Part shown: one piece after another, positions 28,453-42,296 of the stretch
Numbering within the stretch: position 1 is the stretch's first letter
How the letters are laid out: each line of letters opens with the position of its first letter
DNA from: the human T2T-CHM13v2.0 reference genome, Homo sapiens
Assembly: GCF_009914755.1 (NCBI RefSeq)
Contig: NC_060939.1
DNA length: 64,000 bases
Reading direction: 5' to 3' (one strand)
Made by a program: the position numbers and the translations under genes
The notes under the pieces: generated by a model
The model's database searches: none
What the model was told of the DNA's origin: nothing
The model's input: the letters and a program-made list of their open reading frames with translations, nothing else

Positions 28453-30530
28453 CCCAGTAGAATTTAGAGAGAGGGAGAGACACTGAAAAAATGGAATTGA
28501 GAGAGACACTAAAAAATAGTCTCAGTCTTTTCAGAGAAGTTAAAATTGTCAAAGTTTTGATAAAAGACAGTGCTCAAGGCCATGGAGAGATGGCTTAAAT
28601 TCAAAATCAATGGAATTCCTGATTCAACTTTGCAAATAAACAGAAATAATTTTCAAAACGTCCAGGGGACTTAGTAGCTGTTTATATCTAGGGAGTGTTG
28701 TTTAAGTCATTGAAGATTTTATTAGATGGGCCTCTTTTAGAGACTAGAATAACCTGATTACAGTTTTATTGCTCTTTTGTTGGACTGCTGTACATTTTGC
28801 TAATGTCCTGGCTCTGATCTCTTTAGGGGAGGTAATTCTAAGGCAAGCTAAGGTCAACCCACTTAACTAGAAACTGATTATTCTAGGGCCTTAAACAACC
28901 TGGCTCAAAACAAGCTAAAGCCCCTTCAGGCAGTGGAGGAAGAACCTTTGGAGTAATGGCCCTGGCCGGCACCCTTAACACTCCTGCTGGGTTCTGTGCA
29001 GTATGGCTTTTAGGCAAGAAGACAGTCTTATAAAGAGGTGCTTTTAGCTGGTGATTGGGTTGTTAGGTCATTTCCACTGCTATATCCTGACTAAAGAGAT
29101 CGTTTCCTTTGGCCGACTTAGGTCTAGAAGGAGTGGCATAGCTAAGCTTCATTTGCCCCTTTGCAATATTTAGCTATTTTCTCATTAATTACAAAATGAA
29201 TGGCTCTGAAGACCCTGCTACCATGAGATGCGCTTGAGGGGTGTTTCGTCCCCTAAGAGGCGGCTAGCAGGACCGTCTTGCTGTGACTACGTCTTGCCTG
29301 CTCCTTCACTAGCACTTAAATTAATTTTCAAGACTCAAGAGCTCTCCTAACGACGGACATTTTCTGTAAACTCAGGTGGCTGTTGTATGTAAATGCAGCT
29401 CTTGTGGATCCTGAGTGATGTCTGACTATAGTGAGACTGGTCTTGGAGGCATCAGGAACCACTGAATAAACAGGAGGCTTCGGTGCAGGGCCCAGCTCCA
29501 ATCCAAGTTGGCCTTAGAGATGCTTGGCTCCTGGGTGAGGGTTTTCTAACTTCCCTATAGGTTTTGATCACTACCTGGGGGCCGTTCACAGACAGTCACT
29601 CACTCACAAGAATCCTGGGTGTTTTATTGTGATAAATAGAATAATATTTAGGGATAGAGGTGCCCATTGCTTGTCAATCCACTTTGGCAATTGCAGAGAC
29701 AATATTTATATACAAATGCTGCAGGTTCACATTTAAAACTTGGAATGCCAATTGCTTTTTAGCATTTGTGGCTCTGAGTTTACTTAGACCTATGACAGAT
29801 TGGCTGGTGACAGGAGAAACACGTGCTCAAGGCTGACAACCCCCAGTTGTAAGTGGGGTGGTTTGTGTTAGAAGCCTCTTTTCTTCATACACAAAGCTGC
29901 TTTGAAATGTTTTTCTCTGAACACTCAATTAGGTTAGATTAGGAGCCAACAAAGAAACCACCAATTATTATTCTGAAGTGATGATGAGTTTAACAGAATT
30001 GGTTAGCACTGTCTTTTGGTTAATCCAATGCAGGTTTGGGAGTGCACCGTGCAAATGCATGCTGTTCCTTAGAAGGCTTAGAAGGCTGCTGTAGATTGAC
30101 TCCTGCAAGGCTCTTGCAGACAAAAGATTGTCCGGAGCGTCAAGTGTTTTTTCCACATTGTCTTTTAACAGGCACTGGCTTGGGTAGATCTGTTTAAAGT
30201 TATTGATTCACAGGGAGAAACAGAGACTTGACAGAAACATGCTCAAATATCCTTAGTGTTTGCATTAGGGTTTGGGATAATGTTTTTTCTTCTTTTATGT
30301 GTTTTCTACATAAACATTTTATGTTACACATTTTACATTACAAGTCATGAAACACATAGTTTAAGAAATATCTGCTTTGGGCAATGTAAGAAATAGATAT
30401 ATTGTTTTTCCAAACTCTAATGGTAGTTAGCTCTCATTTGCCCTTAGGATTGTTTCTCTGTGGGGGAGCCTTTGCTGTTAATCCCGGTCAGTGCAAGTTA
30501 AGTCAACTGTGTTTGTGATTTCCTTCTTAG

Positions 30531-30620
30531 GACAAGGTGTCTCAACTGGAGATGGAACTGGAAGAAGAGAGAAACAACTCAGATTTGCTGTCTGAGAGGA
30601 TCAGTAGGAGCAGGGAACAG
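30531..30620 (+). CDS. CGNL1: CGNL1 coding exon (probably exon 14), 90 nt, phase 0-0, DKVSQLEMELEEERNNSDLLSERISRSREQ
   Basis: Acceptor tccttcttag|GAC, donor CAG|gtacta; myosin-tail-like LEMELEEE motif; read by hand. Confidence 0.95.
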
Positions 30621-33600
30621 GTACTATTCTATAGGTGAATGATGCGTGGATTGTCCTGTGTGAAAAAGGAACATGAGGGGTTAATCCTGGGGCTTCAGTT
30701 AAGTCCAGGAGAGAAAAATTCATGCCATCTAGAAATTGATGGAAGATTGAATAGTCATCACCATAGTGAGCTTCTAGGAGAGACTTTGACCAGATTACTT
30801 GTATTTTAGATTTTAAATTTTACTCCTTGGTCAGATTATTTCCTGATCTATACCTAGCATCATTTCAAGGTTTTTAGGTTTTGATTTCATCTTTTTCATT
30901 AAGAAAGTGCCAATGCTAGTCAAGAAAGAGTGAAGGGCTTTCTAAATGTTGATATACAGTTCGTCTAGCACCGTTTCCAGGCTCTAGGCGTACAACTGGG
31001 TAAGTTGTCATTAAAAGCACATTCTATCGTTAGAAGTTTCTACATGTATCCACAGGTGTCTTGTAAATGAAGGGCTGAGACTAGTGAATACAAATTAATT
31101 ATCTTTGAAACTGCCGCTGAGTGTTCTGAATCCTCTTCCCAAAATGCTTCCATATTTTATCTGTCAAGTGGTTTGGGCATGCACTGGGGACACAGAAACT
31201 AGTTAACAGTACCTCTGTTTCCTCGTGATCTCACTGCTCTCCCCAGATCTCACTTGCCACTCCCAGTCTATCTCAAAGCCCCTCTGAACCTTCACTTAAT
31301 TAAAAAATGGAAACAGAGGTCAAAAGCCTTTGGATAATACTGCATGTATTATCTGCACTTCGCTTGAGAAATTAGTTCCGTCATCTATAACACGAGCATA
31401 ACTCTCCCCGATTGTCTCACAGTGTTGTCATAAGGATCAAATGTAAGTGAAACTCCTTCCAAAACTGCAAAAAGCATTCACTTGGAAAGTACTGTTATTG
31501 AACGTGAATGCTTCATAGGTGTGTGTACTGCTAATTAACTTGTCAAGGAAAAGGCTGCGTCGTAGAGCCTACTTTCTGTTGCACCTAACATGGTGCTGGC
31601 TACCACATTCCACACACTTGCTTGTTGAACTAATGACCCTTAGAGCCTCAGCCCTAAAAGGCACTTTTCCCTCTATGGCCAATAGATTGTTATTCATAAC
31701 CACTTGGGAAACTTCCACTTTCTGCCTTATGTTTTTGTCTTCTTTTTCAAATCTTCCCTATTCCAAAGGGCACTTTCCTCTGGTCTCTTCTGCTTATTCA
31801 CATGGACTTCCCTTTCCTCGGTTCAGGGTGACCAAGAATTGGAAGTTCCAGAGCTTGGGGATAGCACCTTATGAGCAGGCAGCCCTGCTCAAAGTAGAAC
31901 GTGAATCCCTGGCTGCTTTTCCGTATTCTTTTAGGTCCCTGTTGATAGATTTCTTTGCAAACAAGTGGGATACTCATGCTCCTTTGCTCCTGAGAGTGAA
32001 GAAAGTTGCAACCCAGCTGTGTTCCCTCCACCCTCCTCATGGAGAGTGGGTTCTGTCTGCGTGTTCCCAGGCTATGATTTATCTGGAGCTGCAACAGCTT
32101 ATCAGGCCAGAGCTGCACAGGTTTAGAGAGGGACCTTCCTGAAAATCAGAGGCCCAGATAGAGAGCTCAACCTTGACATCTCCTCTACTGCCCGCCAGGG
32201 TTGTTACTGAAGACTTTGTTTTCTAAGTTCTCTCACTGGAATAAAAGCTGTTTTGTGATGAGCCCCTGCCAGCCTGGCTAAGTAGCGACGTTCCCCCCAG
32301 ACATGTCAGGATCCGCTAAACATTCACAATGACAAAGGATGTGACCATGGATTTGTTTTGCCAGCGCTTCTTGTGGCTTATGCTAAGAGGAATAGTGGGA
32401 AAGCCTGTCATCCTATCAGTAATGAGGCCGTTACAACAGACCTTCAGTTCCATGTTTATATCAGAAACAAAACACAGACATTGAACCAGAACGTGTCTGC
32501 TTCCCTTAGCTCAGCTGACAGCCCAACACTGACAGAACTGATCATGCAGAGATCTGGTCCCAGAATTGCTCTGGACACTTCTTTTTCCTTTCAACTGAGC
32601 ACTTGGATCATGGGGAATAGAACTGCTGTCCATGATGTGGTCAAGGCTAAAAATATTTCCACTAAGCCAAGAACTTGATGTCAGTTTAGGGGGGAAGTTA
32701 AGGGAACCAAGGACTTGAAGTAAGTCCAGGGAGGAAGTTAAGGGAACTCACTTGGTCTGCTGGGGAGAGCAGTGGGCTGGCAGTCCCAGTCCTGGCTCCT
32801 GCATTAGCCTCATTTACCTCTGGGAGAGTCCCAGCCTCTCTGAGCTCAGTCTCTAAAATCTATCAAAAGGAAGTCATTGATCCAGGTGATCTCTGAAGGC
32901 TCTTCTGAATTCTAACATTGCAATGCTGCAAGAAGGTTTCATACATCCAGAAGCGTCTGACTCACCCTTTACTTTCCCCCAATTCTCTCCCTGTATCTGA
33001 GTTACATGCCTAAAAAGATGAGTTCCACCAATGTCTATAACCTCTTTCCCTACCAGCTCTCTTTCCCTCTTCTGTTTTCTTTCTTCTCACTGCATCATCT
33101 GAGATAGGGAGGGTATAGCCTGGTGTTTGTTATAAGTGGAGAAATTGAGCACATTCACATGGACGTAGGAATTGGTAAGCCAATGAAACAGAAACGCTGA
33201 TGTCTCCTGATTGTGTTCTGAGAGCTTCTCTTCTGGCCTTTGCTGCCTCCTGACTTGTGAGGGAGGGCAGAGAAATGGGTGGGCCAAATACCCGCCTCCC
33301 TGGAAAGCATCTCATTCTCATTCAAAGTTGAGGTTGAGCCAAGGCTTATTTCCTGCCTCTTGAAATGAAGGCTCTCTGGGGAGGGCCTTGGGTATAGACA
33401 GATGGGCCCTGATTCTGAGCTCTTCTGGTCCACTTAGATTAACTTCTAGGGCCGTGTGCCTGTGCTTTCCTGCTGAAATCAAAGCCAGAAAAGGGAAACT
33501 TCAAAACTTAAGGCCGCTTTTCCTCTCCCCCATCAAATGCTGACCTTATGACATCTCCTTAACAAGGACATCTCCTAAAAACAGGAAAGGGTGCTTGTTA

Positions 33601-34810
33601 TCTTGAACCCAAGTAATAACATCGGCCCTGCCTTCCTAGCAAACTGCTACTAGGCACTGAAAAGAGAATGCATGGGATATTTTAGTTTGGTGATCTTGTT
33701 CTCTTTAAATTAAAAGGTTCAAACTTAACAGCTTTCTCCTTAAACTCTGAATTCTCACAAGCTCCTTTGCGGAATCTTTGCTTCCCCCAAACATCTCCCA
33801 CTAGTCTTAGTGATGGGACTTAAGTGAATAAGCCACAAAAAAGGTTTTCCAGCAATATTAGTGAATGGCCAACCCCTCTCATAGACTGTTAGATCTGGCA
33901 AGGACCTCAGAGTCCAACTCTCCCCACTTCACTGTAATGGATGAGAGATTTGAGGCCCAGAGTCACCTGGTGATTTGACCACAGTCATGCGGGCAATTGA
34001 CTGCAGAGCTGGGCTTAGGTCTCAATTTCCAAGGCAGTGCTCTATCTACCCGTGCCTGCAAAATATGATGAATACCTGCTGTGTGCATGGCATTGCAGTA
34101 AAGCTCCAAGAGGACCAGAAATGGTCCCTGACCTTGAGTTGCTACAGTTTGTTTGAGGAGATGGGTCAGACCTAAAAAATTGATAACTAACAATAGAAAA
34201 CAGTGGATACTAAATGCCAAGTAAAAGATTCAAGCAGCTAATGAGGGAAAGACCATTGTTGCAAGAGTGAGTGTGGAAGAATTACTAGAAAGAGGGTGGG
34301 GACCTGGGGTCAGCTCTAAAGAAAGGGTAAGACGTGAATAAACCAAGGGGATTGGGAATGGGATTCTAGATAGAAGGAATGGTGTGAACAAAGACTGGGA
34401 GGTAGGGACCTATACAGCATTTTGAGGAGCAATGAATGGATGAATGGATGAGTGTGGGTCAATCAGATTTCCAGTTTCCATAGGAAATGAAAGGAGATAA
34501 GTTTGAAGAGGCAGACTGAGGGTGTTGAATGGCTCTATTGTGAAGGCAGTGGGCAGCCATCGAAGGCGATTGAGCACAATAGTGAAGCATACACTGTGTT
34601 CTAGAAGACTCATGCGCCAGGGGTGGGGGTGAGGACTGGAGAAGGGGCGACTGAGAGGAGGCCTCAACTGTGCTGTTACCAGGGCAGAGGACAAGGAAGG
34701 CTGTGTAAGATGGTGTATTTGACCCTTTCCATGCCTCCATTCTTTCTTTCTCTTATGCATACATTTGGCACTCACTAAATGCTGGCCATGTTGTTTATAA
34801 GTTCCCAGCC

Positions 34811-35173
34811 TGTATTAGTTCGTTCTCACACTGCTATAAGGACATACCTGAGACTGGATAATTTATAGAGGAAAGAGGTTTAATGGACTCACAGTTCAGC
34901 ATGGCTGGGGAGGCCTCACAATCATGGCAGAAGGCAAAGGAGGAGCAAAGGCATGTCTTACATGGCGGCAGGCAAAAGAGTGTGTGTAGGGGAACTGCCC
35001 TTTATAAAACCATTAGATCTCATGAGACTTATTCACTATTATGAGAACAGCACAGGAAAAACCTACCCCCGTGATTCAGTTACCTCCCACTGGGTCCCTC
35101 CCACAACACGTGGGGATTATGGGAGCTATAATTCAAGATGAGATTTGGGTGAGGACACAGCCAAACCATATCA
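34811..35173 (-). mobile_element. THE1 (B/C-like) solo LTR
   Basis: tgtattagtt...ccaaaccatatca; perfect TSD CAGCC at 34806-34810 and 35174-35178. Confidence 0.93.
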
Positions 35174-38100
35174 CAGCCTTTCTAAGGGCTTCCTTTACAT
35201 GCTCAGGACAATATTATTCAGAGTGATGGATTCAGGAAATCCTAATTGAGAGAGAAACGTTTTTCAAACCTCTTGGATGTTTGGACTTTGTTTTCAAGTC
35301 TGACTGCTATGAAGGAGAAGGGATGGATTTGGAGTTGATAAAATGATATCTTCTTTATGAAATAGAAGTAAGGAGTATCTGTTTTCTCACCCAAGTATAG
35401 TCCCATCATATACAGAAAGGTTTCTGATTGGCTTATAAGTTGAAAGAAGTTGAAGTTGCTGGCGTTTGGTCTGTTTAAATCCAGAGTAATCCTTTTTCCT
35501 TTCCGTCCTCCAAAAACCATGTTTCCATTTATGACAATTGCCATCCTTACCAATGATTCCCTAAGTGCTAGGCACTGTGCTGGGTGCCTCACTCACTTTC
35601 TTGTTGTTTTCAGGGCTTTCAAGGTGAAGTGACTACATAGGGTCACACAGTTTGTAGGAGGTGGAGTCACAGTTTGACTCCAAAGCCTCTTGCCTATTCC
35701 CATCGTCCCTGAATGAGACTATGTCATGGTCTTAAAGACCACTCCTTCAAATGCATTTGGGTCTCCATTCCCAAGTTAAAAGTGGTGTTTCTTAAAATGG
35801 GTGAGGAGTTAAGTTCAGCTGATCCTCTCCTGATTCTTTATGAGTGCAGGATTCAAATAGCCAAAGAGAGGTCCGGCTTCATATGCTTTAAATTAAAGGC
35901 CAATAGGCTGTTGTGCTGGCTCGATAAGCACTGCTGCAAATGCTTCACAGCAGAGCTGGGCCTACATGGGAAGGCGTTCTCTTGGCTATGGAGACCATGA
36001 TGACCCAGCCCAGTGGAGAGATGACTCATCAAGCCCAGGCAGCTGGCAGGCAGGAAAAATACCAACTCGAGCTTTGGGTGGCTTCATGGTCTCTCCAGGG
36101 ACTGAGCAAGGCTGCCTTGTTGCCTCGGCAACTGCAGGATTAAATGCCAGTGATAGAGTTGTGGGCTCCTACAGTCACTTTCGGGAACTGCTCCTCAGTC
36201 AGCATCAGGGGTGCCACCCCTGCTAAATGGGACCGTCGTCTTTGCAGTTGTGAGTGAAAGATCAGAGGGGGGTTTTCTTCTTCTTTTTTTTTTTAATTGA
36301 AATGCTCCTAATCTCAGAACTGCCTTTTATTGTATCAGCTGCTCAAAAACCCAGTGTGTACAGTTGATTAATAACAATTTTCCTTTTTTGTGGTTATTAT
36401 TTTTAATGCCAGCCAGGAGTGTGGGCTTGCCGACCTCTTTACAGCCCAATGATAAACACAGGTGATGGGGTTCAGTATTGTTATTGGCCATCACAAATAG
36501 CTCTGGCTTTCCATTAACCCAAAAGGCAGCTACTTACAATTCTGAGAGCTGGCTCAGGTCATGGGTATCTCTGACATAAAACCCACTGGAATCTGATACT
36601 GTGATTTCTGATCAAAATGCTCAGGGCTTAGCATTCTTTCAATCCAGCTGTGATATACTTTTGCCTTCAGCTCCTGTTCTGTTTTTAATTTGACTGGAAA
36701 GTTTTTGTTTGTGCTATTTAATGTAGTTGAAGGGTAAACAACATAGAAAGCACTAAGCTTATATAAAGAAATACTTTCCCAGCCTTGAGTTTACTCTTCT
36801 CTGGTCCAGGAGGCTGGCTCAGCCAAGCCATAGGTTTTTCCCTCCTCCCCGCCACCCCCCCGCCCCAGGGCAGGTGCCAGTGTGGGCTCAGGGTAAGAAT
36901 TTGATTTACGATATTCCCAAGTCAAGGGGCCTAGTCCTGGGATCACTGCACTGAGGACAGCTAACAGCAGGGACACATAGGATACTTCTGGGTTTATGTT
37001 GAAACCCATCCTTCTTGGGGCATTGTCCATAATACCACATAGTATTTCTTGTATAAGGCTCCACATGGTGGATTTACTTTAGAATTTCATGTCAGGCTGT
37101 CCTTTGAAGAACAAAAGGAAGCCTATTATGTTTGCCAAAAGCCTGGGTTTGCAAAGACTGAAGGAAATGGACTGCCTGCTCAGGTCACAGTAACTGTTAA
37201 GTTTTATGGCTACACATTTATTCCTTCCTGTTCTTCACTCTGATTTATTTTACATTTCCATTTTAATAGCCATCTTTTAAGGGGCTATGGTGGGGGATAA
37301 ATAATTCCTTTTTTTCCCCCCCTTTGGAGAGTCACCATTATCCTGGGGCTCTCCAGGGGCCCTCCAGGGAGGTCTTGAACCTGCGGGGACCCTTGGGGAT
37401 GCTGCCATGCTAAGTGCTGCTCTGCACAGGGAAGTCTGTTTCCTGGTGGGATCCAGATTTTTCAGACATTGGCACTGAGGGTGCAAGACTGTGGCCAGTG
37501 GCTGCTGCTTTATGTGGCAGGATTTGTCCTGAACCCCCAGGCTGGGCCCAGGGCTGCGTGACCACTTGGCCATCCTGGAATCCCTCCATGCGCTCTCTGC
37601 ACTCTGCCTCACTCCACCATAGACACGTTCTCCTTCTGGGCTCCACAGTCCCGGTCTAAACTCTCCTTGTGGGTCTTCTTCCTTTATTGAGAGTCCTAGG
37701 TCCTACAGGTTTGCGAAGACACAACGGGGAGGGGAAAAAAGAGTGTATGAGTTTTTGTCAGAAAACCTAGGTTGGAATCCCAAAGCTGCTTCCACCTAAC
37801 TCTGACTCAGAAGCTGTTTCTGGACCTCCCACCTGGAAACGCAGGGTGATAACATCTGCCTCGGAGAGTTCCCGCCCAGCGCCCAGCTTGAGGGGCTCTT
37901 GATTCTTGGTGTTTCCCCTCTGGGTCTCCTGGCCGGGAGCACAGCTGCAGAGCGATGCCTGCCTCTGCTCTGCTGGCCGTTTATTGTCTTCTGGTATTTT
38001 TCAGGCGCACACTCCACAGCAACTAGATTTCTTTGTCTCTCTACAAGCCTTCAGTTTTTCTTTATCCCTTCACTTTTCGGAAAATAATCTACCTTCCGTC

Positions 38101-39054
38101 CCTTTCTTGCCTCTACCTTCCCTTTGAGCTACAGGCTCCTGCCTTCCACCAAGCCCTGGAGGATCCTCTTCCTCTCCCCACCCACATTCTGACCCCAAGA
38201 CAGGGCTGGATCCTGTCCCTCCACTTGCTGGGTGGCTGCTCTCCTGTGACACTCCCTTCTCGATGTCCACTGGTTGTGACTTTTCTCTCCTCTGTGGCTT
38301 CTCATTGACACCTAACAATAGGTGTGGGCATTTCTTGCACACCCTCGTGCCCCCTCCAGCCCTGGGTCATAGCTGCTGTCTTAGTCGCTGCTGGATTCCA
38401 GAGGAGAAGTGTGGTGTCTATTCCCACCTCTTCACCTCCAGCGCCTCCTCTGAGCTTTGCAGTCAGGCTCACCTCTCTGCAGACCCTTCCAGAAGCAAAC
38501 TTGGTTCTTGTCCAGCCTGTGTGCTTTACCGGCAGTCCTTGCCCTTCTTGCCTTTTGGGATAGATCCTGGATTCTCCCTGCCTCCCCTGACATGGGGGGT
38601 TGGAGGGGATCCCCAGGGCACAGCTGCAGATCCTCCTTATTCTTTATATATTGCTCCTTGGTGGGCTCACCTGTTCTGTGGCTTCCACCGGCATCGCCCA
38701 GTTGGCCCCACATGCATCACCAGGAGGAATCTAAGCACAGATGGGGATGTTAACACTGCCTATCTCATTGGTGGTGGCCAGGAGTAAATGAGATAATACT
38801 ATTCAAATCCGCAGGACTTGCTTTCCTAAGCACAATAAATCTGTGAGCAGCTGTCACAGTATGATTTTGGGTCCTGTGTGACTACTCTCTGTCTTCCTCT
38901 CCACCCAATCCATCGATTGCTTAACCTGCCCCCTCACCTCCCTCATATGGCTAATTCCTTCCAACACTGCCCTTCTCTTTCTTACCTCCTACTCTGTGTT
39001 ACTGGTGGTCTGCCCCCTTCCGGTTTTGAAAGCTGCATTCCCTACCCTGCCCAT

Positions 39055-39412
39055 TGTATTAGCCTGTTCTCATGCTGCTAATAAAGACATACCTGAGACT
39101 GGGCAATTTATAAATGTTTAGTTGACTCACAGTTCAGCATAGCTGGGGAGGCCTTATGATCATGGCTGAAGGTGAATGAGAAGCACAGTCATGTCTTACA
39201 TGGCGGCAGGCAAAAGAGAACATGTGCAGGGGAATTTCCCTTTATAAAGCCATCAGATCTCATGAGAATTATTCACTGTCACAAGAACAGCATGGGAAAG
39301 ACCCGCCCCCGTGATTCAGTTACCTCCCACTGGGTCCCTCCCATGACACTGGGGATTGTGGGAACTACAATTTAAGATGAGATTTGGGTGGGGACTCAGG
39401 CAAACCATATTA
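39055..39412 (-). mobile_element. THE1 (B-like) solo LTR
   Basis: tgtattagcc...caaaccatatta; TSD CCCAT/CCCTT. Confidence 0.92.
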
Positions 39413-41612
39413 CCCTTTTTTCTACCCTGTCTATCCCTGATCTCATTTAGGTTTCAGCTTACTGTCTGTGTCCTGGAAGCTTTTGCTGGCCCTCTGAATC
39501 TGGGCAGTCACCCAGTGCACCCACCCCAGCACACTGTCCTTTCCTGTCATAGTGACACTGACCTCTTATGCAGGGCTCGTTCATTTGTCCCCCACTAGGC
39601 TATATGGAGAGCGGGCACTTTCTGGGTCTCTTTGTCACAATGTCCTGCATAAGACACATCATGTCGTTTGAACAGCGAACAAACCCATCCTATCGTTCTG
39701 AGACTACCCTTGCCCAGCACACAAGCGTGTGCACTCGCAGACACATGCTTGCTCTCATTATGACAATGTGGGTTTTCCCCAGGGGAAACTCCTAATGGTT
39801 GAGAGACGGGGTGGCTGCTCTGCCTAAGGATGGAGGCAGGCGCCTCTGGCTTCCTCAGAAGGGTGCCACACAGTACCCTGAAGGGTAGAGGAGGCACCAG
39901 GTTGTGCTTTTATTGTATCATTGGCCAGCTCGGGGGCCCTTACAGCGTGTCTCATTCAATCAAGTTCCTTGCTTAGGAGCCTGTATCCCAGAAGTTAGAT
40001 CAACAAGGTCACAGGTGAGGGACAGACAGAGCCAGCAGGACAAGTTAGGCCACTGCTGTTTTTCTCTGTAATTGTTTCCCATTGCAGTGGAAATTTAACC
40101 ATGTCCTCAGTGAAGTGCTGGGCCCTGCCCTGGGCACATGAACAGAACGGCTGCCCCTGGGAGGCACGTCTGTCCTCAGTCCCGTGGCCCAGCTGTTCTG
40201 CTGACCTCCATGTGTGAGGTGTCAGTGGCTGGTTCAGAAACCACCTTGGGAGCAGGGCCGTGAGCCTGCATTCATTCCCCTTGCACTTTGTGCTGGGGTA
40301 ACAGTAACAGCAATTGTTCTGGTGCCCTCTTTGCAGTGTGTGATTCGTGAGGGCCCTGGGGCCCAGCAGAGTGGGAGCGGGCCTGAGTTGGGTGGACGTG
40401 CCCTGCCTGCTGGTCCTGGCCACTGCTGGCATTTTTCCCTTCTCTATGCAAGATGCCCTAAGGAGGCTGGACTGCCCTTCTGTGCCCGGATGTTTATGCT
40501 ACAGCTGCATTTGAACTCTAGGCCTATTGGAATCCCTTTCACTTAGATGGTCCAGAGACAGAGCCATGAAGTAATGGGCAGTGCAGGGGCTCAGCCTGTC
40601 TCTAGCCCTGCTCCTGAGGTTACTTGCATAACCGCTGCCGTAGGCCTCAATTTCCTCTGCTGAACATTCTGAACCTCCATGATTTAGATGCCTGCCAGTT
40701 AGGAATTTTAAAATGTGAGCATTTTCTTTGGACCACCTGGTACCCCCTCACCTAGGGGCAGAGGCCCAGCTTCCCCCTGTGGTGTTGGAGGCCTTTGTGT
40801 CCCAACCCTGCCTGTCCCACCAGCATCATTTAGCCCCCTTCCCCGTTGCCCACTCTGGGCCAGTGACATCATGCTGTGTGACACACCTCGGTCAGGACAA
40901 GGGGAGCCAGGGAGCAAATGCAAGCCTGGCCCAATGTGGGATGTCTCCTCTGGCCATTCCTGGGACCCCAGTTCTTGCTCTCCATGGGGGACAGTGAGGA
41001 AGGGGTGAGCTTATCTTTTACTCACTGGGGTGCTTGTACAGGTGGCGAAATTCAACTTGAGGCCAGGCCAAGTAAGCCTGTGTCAGATGCTCTCCAGGCC
41101 CTGGTGTCTGGGGCTGTGTGTGTACCTCTTAGCCACGTTGGATCCTGGAATTCGTTTTCATCCTTAAGAAGGAAAAGGTGGTTTTATTTTACTGGCTTAG
41201 CTTGATTCTTCTGGCTTCTTCAGGCTGCCCTCTGCTGGACAGTTCTGGCAACAGGGTCTGGAGCCTCCGCCTCATAACTCATTTTACTCTTGCACAAGCC
41301 ACTGGGAATTGGGAGAAGAGATGCTGATGGTCAGGCGATGGGATTTCTTCCCTGGTGCTACACAGCGAGGCTCCTTTCCTGAGCATAGAGGAAACCCTCA
41401 GGAGTGTTCAGCCTTTGTCAGGTCGTCTGATGTTGCTCAGCATTCTTACTGACTTTTGTTTCTGGCATAAAAAAGGAGAAATCTAGCAGTGTCTGAGATA
41501 TGCTCATGGCTCTGGGAAGCCGCTTCTGGAGTTTGAGCTTATAATGCAGCAGTCAGGAGCACAGGTGAATGCTAGCTCCCCCATTCCTGGTTATGTACCT
41601 CTTGGGGAAGTT

Positions 41613-41716
41613 GAGTGACTGACTCATCCTGGTTCACCTGGGACTGTCCCAGTTCAGCATGGAAACAGCCTGAGAACATCCTCAGTCCAGGCAAACTTAG
41701 ACAGTGGGTCACCCTG
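41613..41716. mobile_element. MER81-like hAT-Blackjack MITE inserted in a MIR
   Basis: cctggttcacctgggactgtccc...ctcagtccaggcaaac...ggtcaccctg; flanked by GAAGTTGA/CAAGTTGA. Confidence 0.65.
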
Positions 41717-41825
41717 CAAGTTGATTGACTTTTGGAAGCCTTAGTATCCTCAGAGAGATACTGTTAGCTCCTTCTGAGGGTTGTTTGTGAGTGTCATAGG
41801 ATCCTACCTGTGGAGTCTAAGCAGG

Positions 41826-42296
41826 TGTGCCAATTTTCTAGGGCTGCTGTAACAAAGTAACACAACCTGGGTGCCTTAAAACAACAGAAATCTATTGTCT
41901 CATGGTTCTGGAGGCCAGAAATCTGAAATCAGAGTGTTACCAGGGCCATGCTGCCTCTGAGACCAGTAGGGAAATGATTCCTTGCCTCCTCCTAGCTTCT
42001 GGTGGTTTCTGGCAATCTTTGGTAATCACTGGCTTGTATACCCATCACCCCAATCCTCCATCTCCCCAGAGTGCCCTCCCTGTGTCCATCTTCACTGTGT
42101 ACGTGTTTGTCTCTGCATCCAAATTTCCCCCTTTTAAAGGACACCAGCCATACTGGATTAGGGCCCACCTTAATAATCTCATTTTTAACTTGATTACCTC
42201 TCTAAAGTCCCCATCTCCAAATAAGGTCACGTCAGAGGTACTGGGGATTAGGGCGTCAACATATCTTTTTGAGGGGACACAGTTCAACCCCTAACA
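41826..42296 (-). mobile_element. MLT1 (B/C/D-like) solo LTR
   Basis: agggctgctgtaacaaagtaacacaacctggg...acacagttcaacccctaaca; perfect TSD GCAGG. Confidence 0.9.

Noticed and set aside
31519-32142. Longest ORF in the track (207 aa, +)
   Set aside because: Intronic, GTG start, no recognisable domain, Leu/Phe/Ser composition typical of non-coding DNA, and not needed for the CGNL1 frame.
38263-38787. 174-aa ORF and many overlapping ORFs at 37.8-38.8 kb
   Set aside because: C/T-rich intronic sequence with few stop codons; open in several frames; no family resemblance.
36324-39920. Identical 14-mer CTTTTATTGTATCA at 36324 and 39907
   Set aside because: Several exact 14-mer pairs are expected by chance in 64 kb, more so for AT-rich words.
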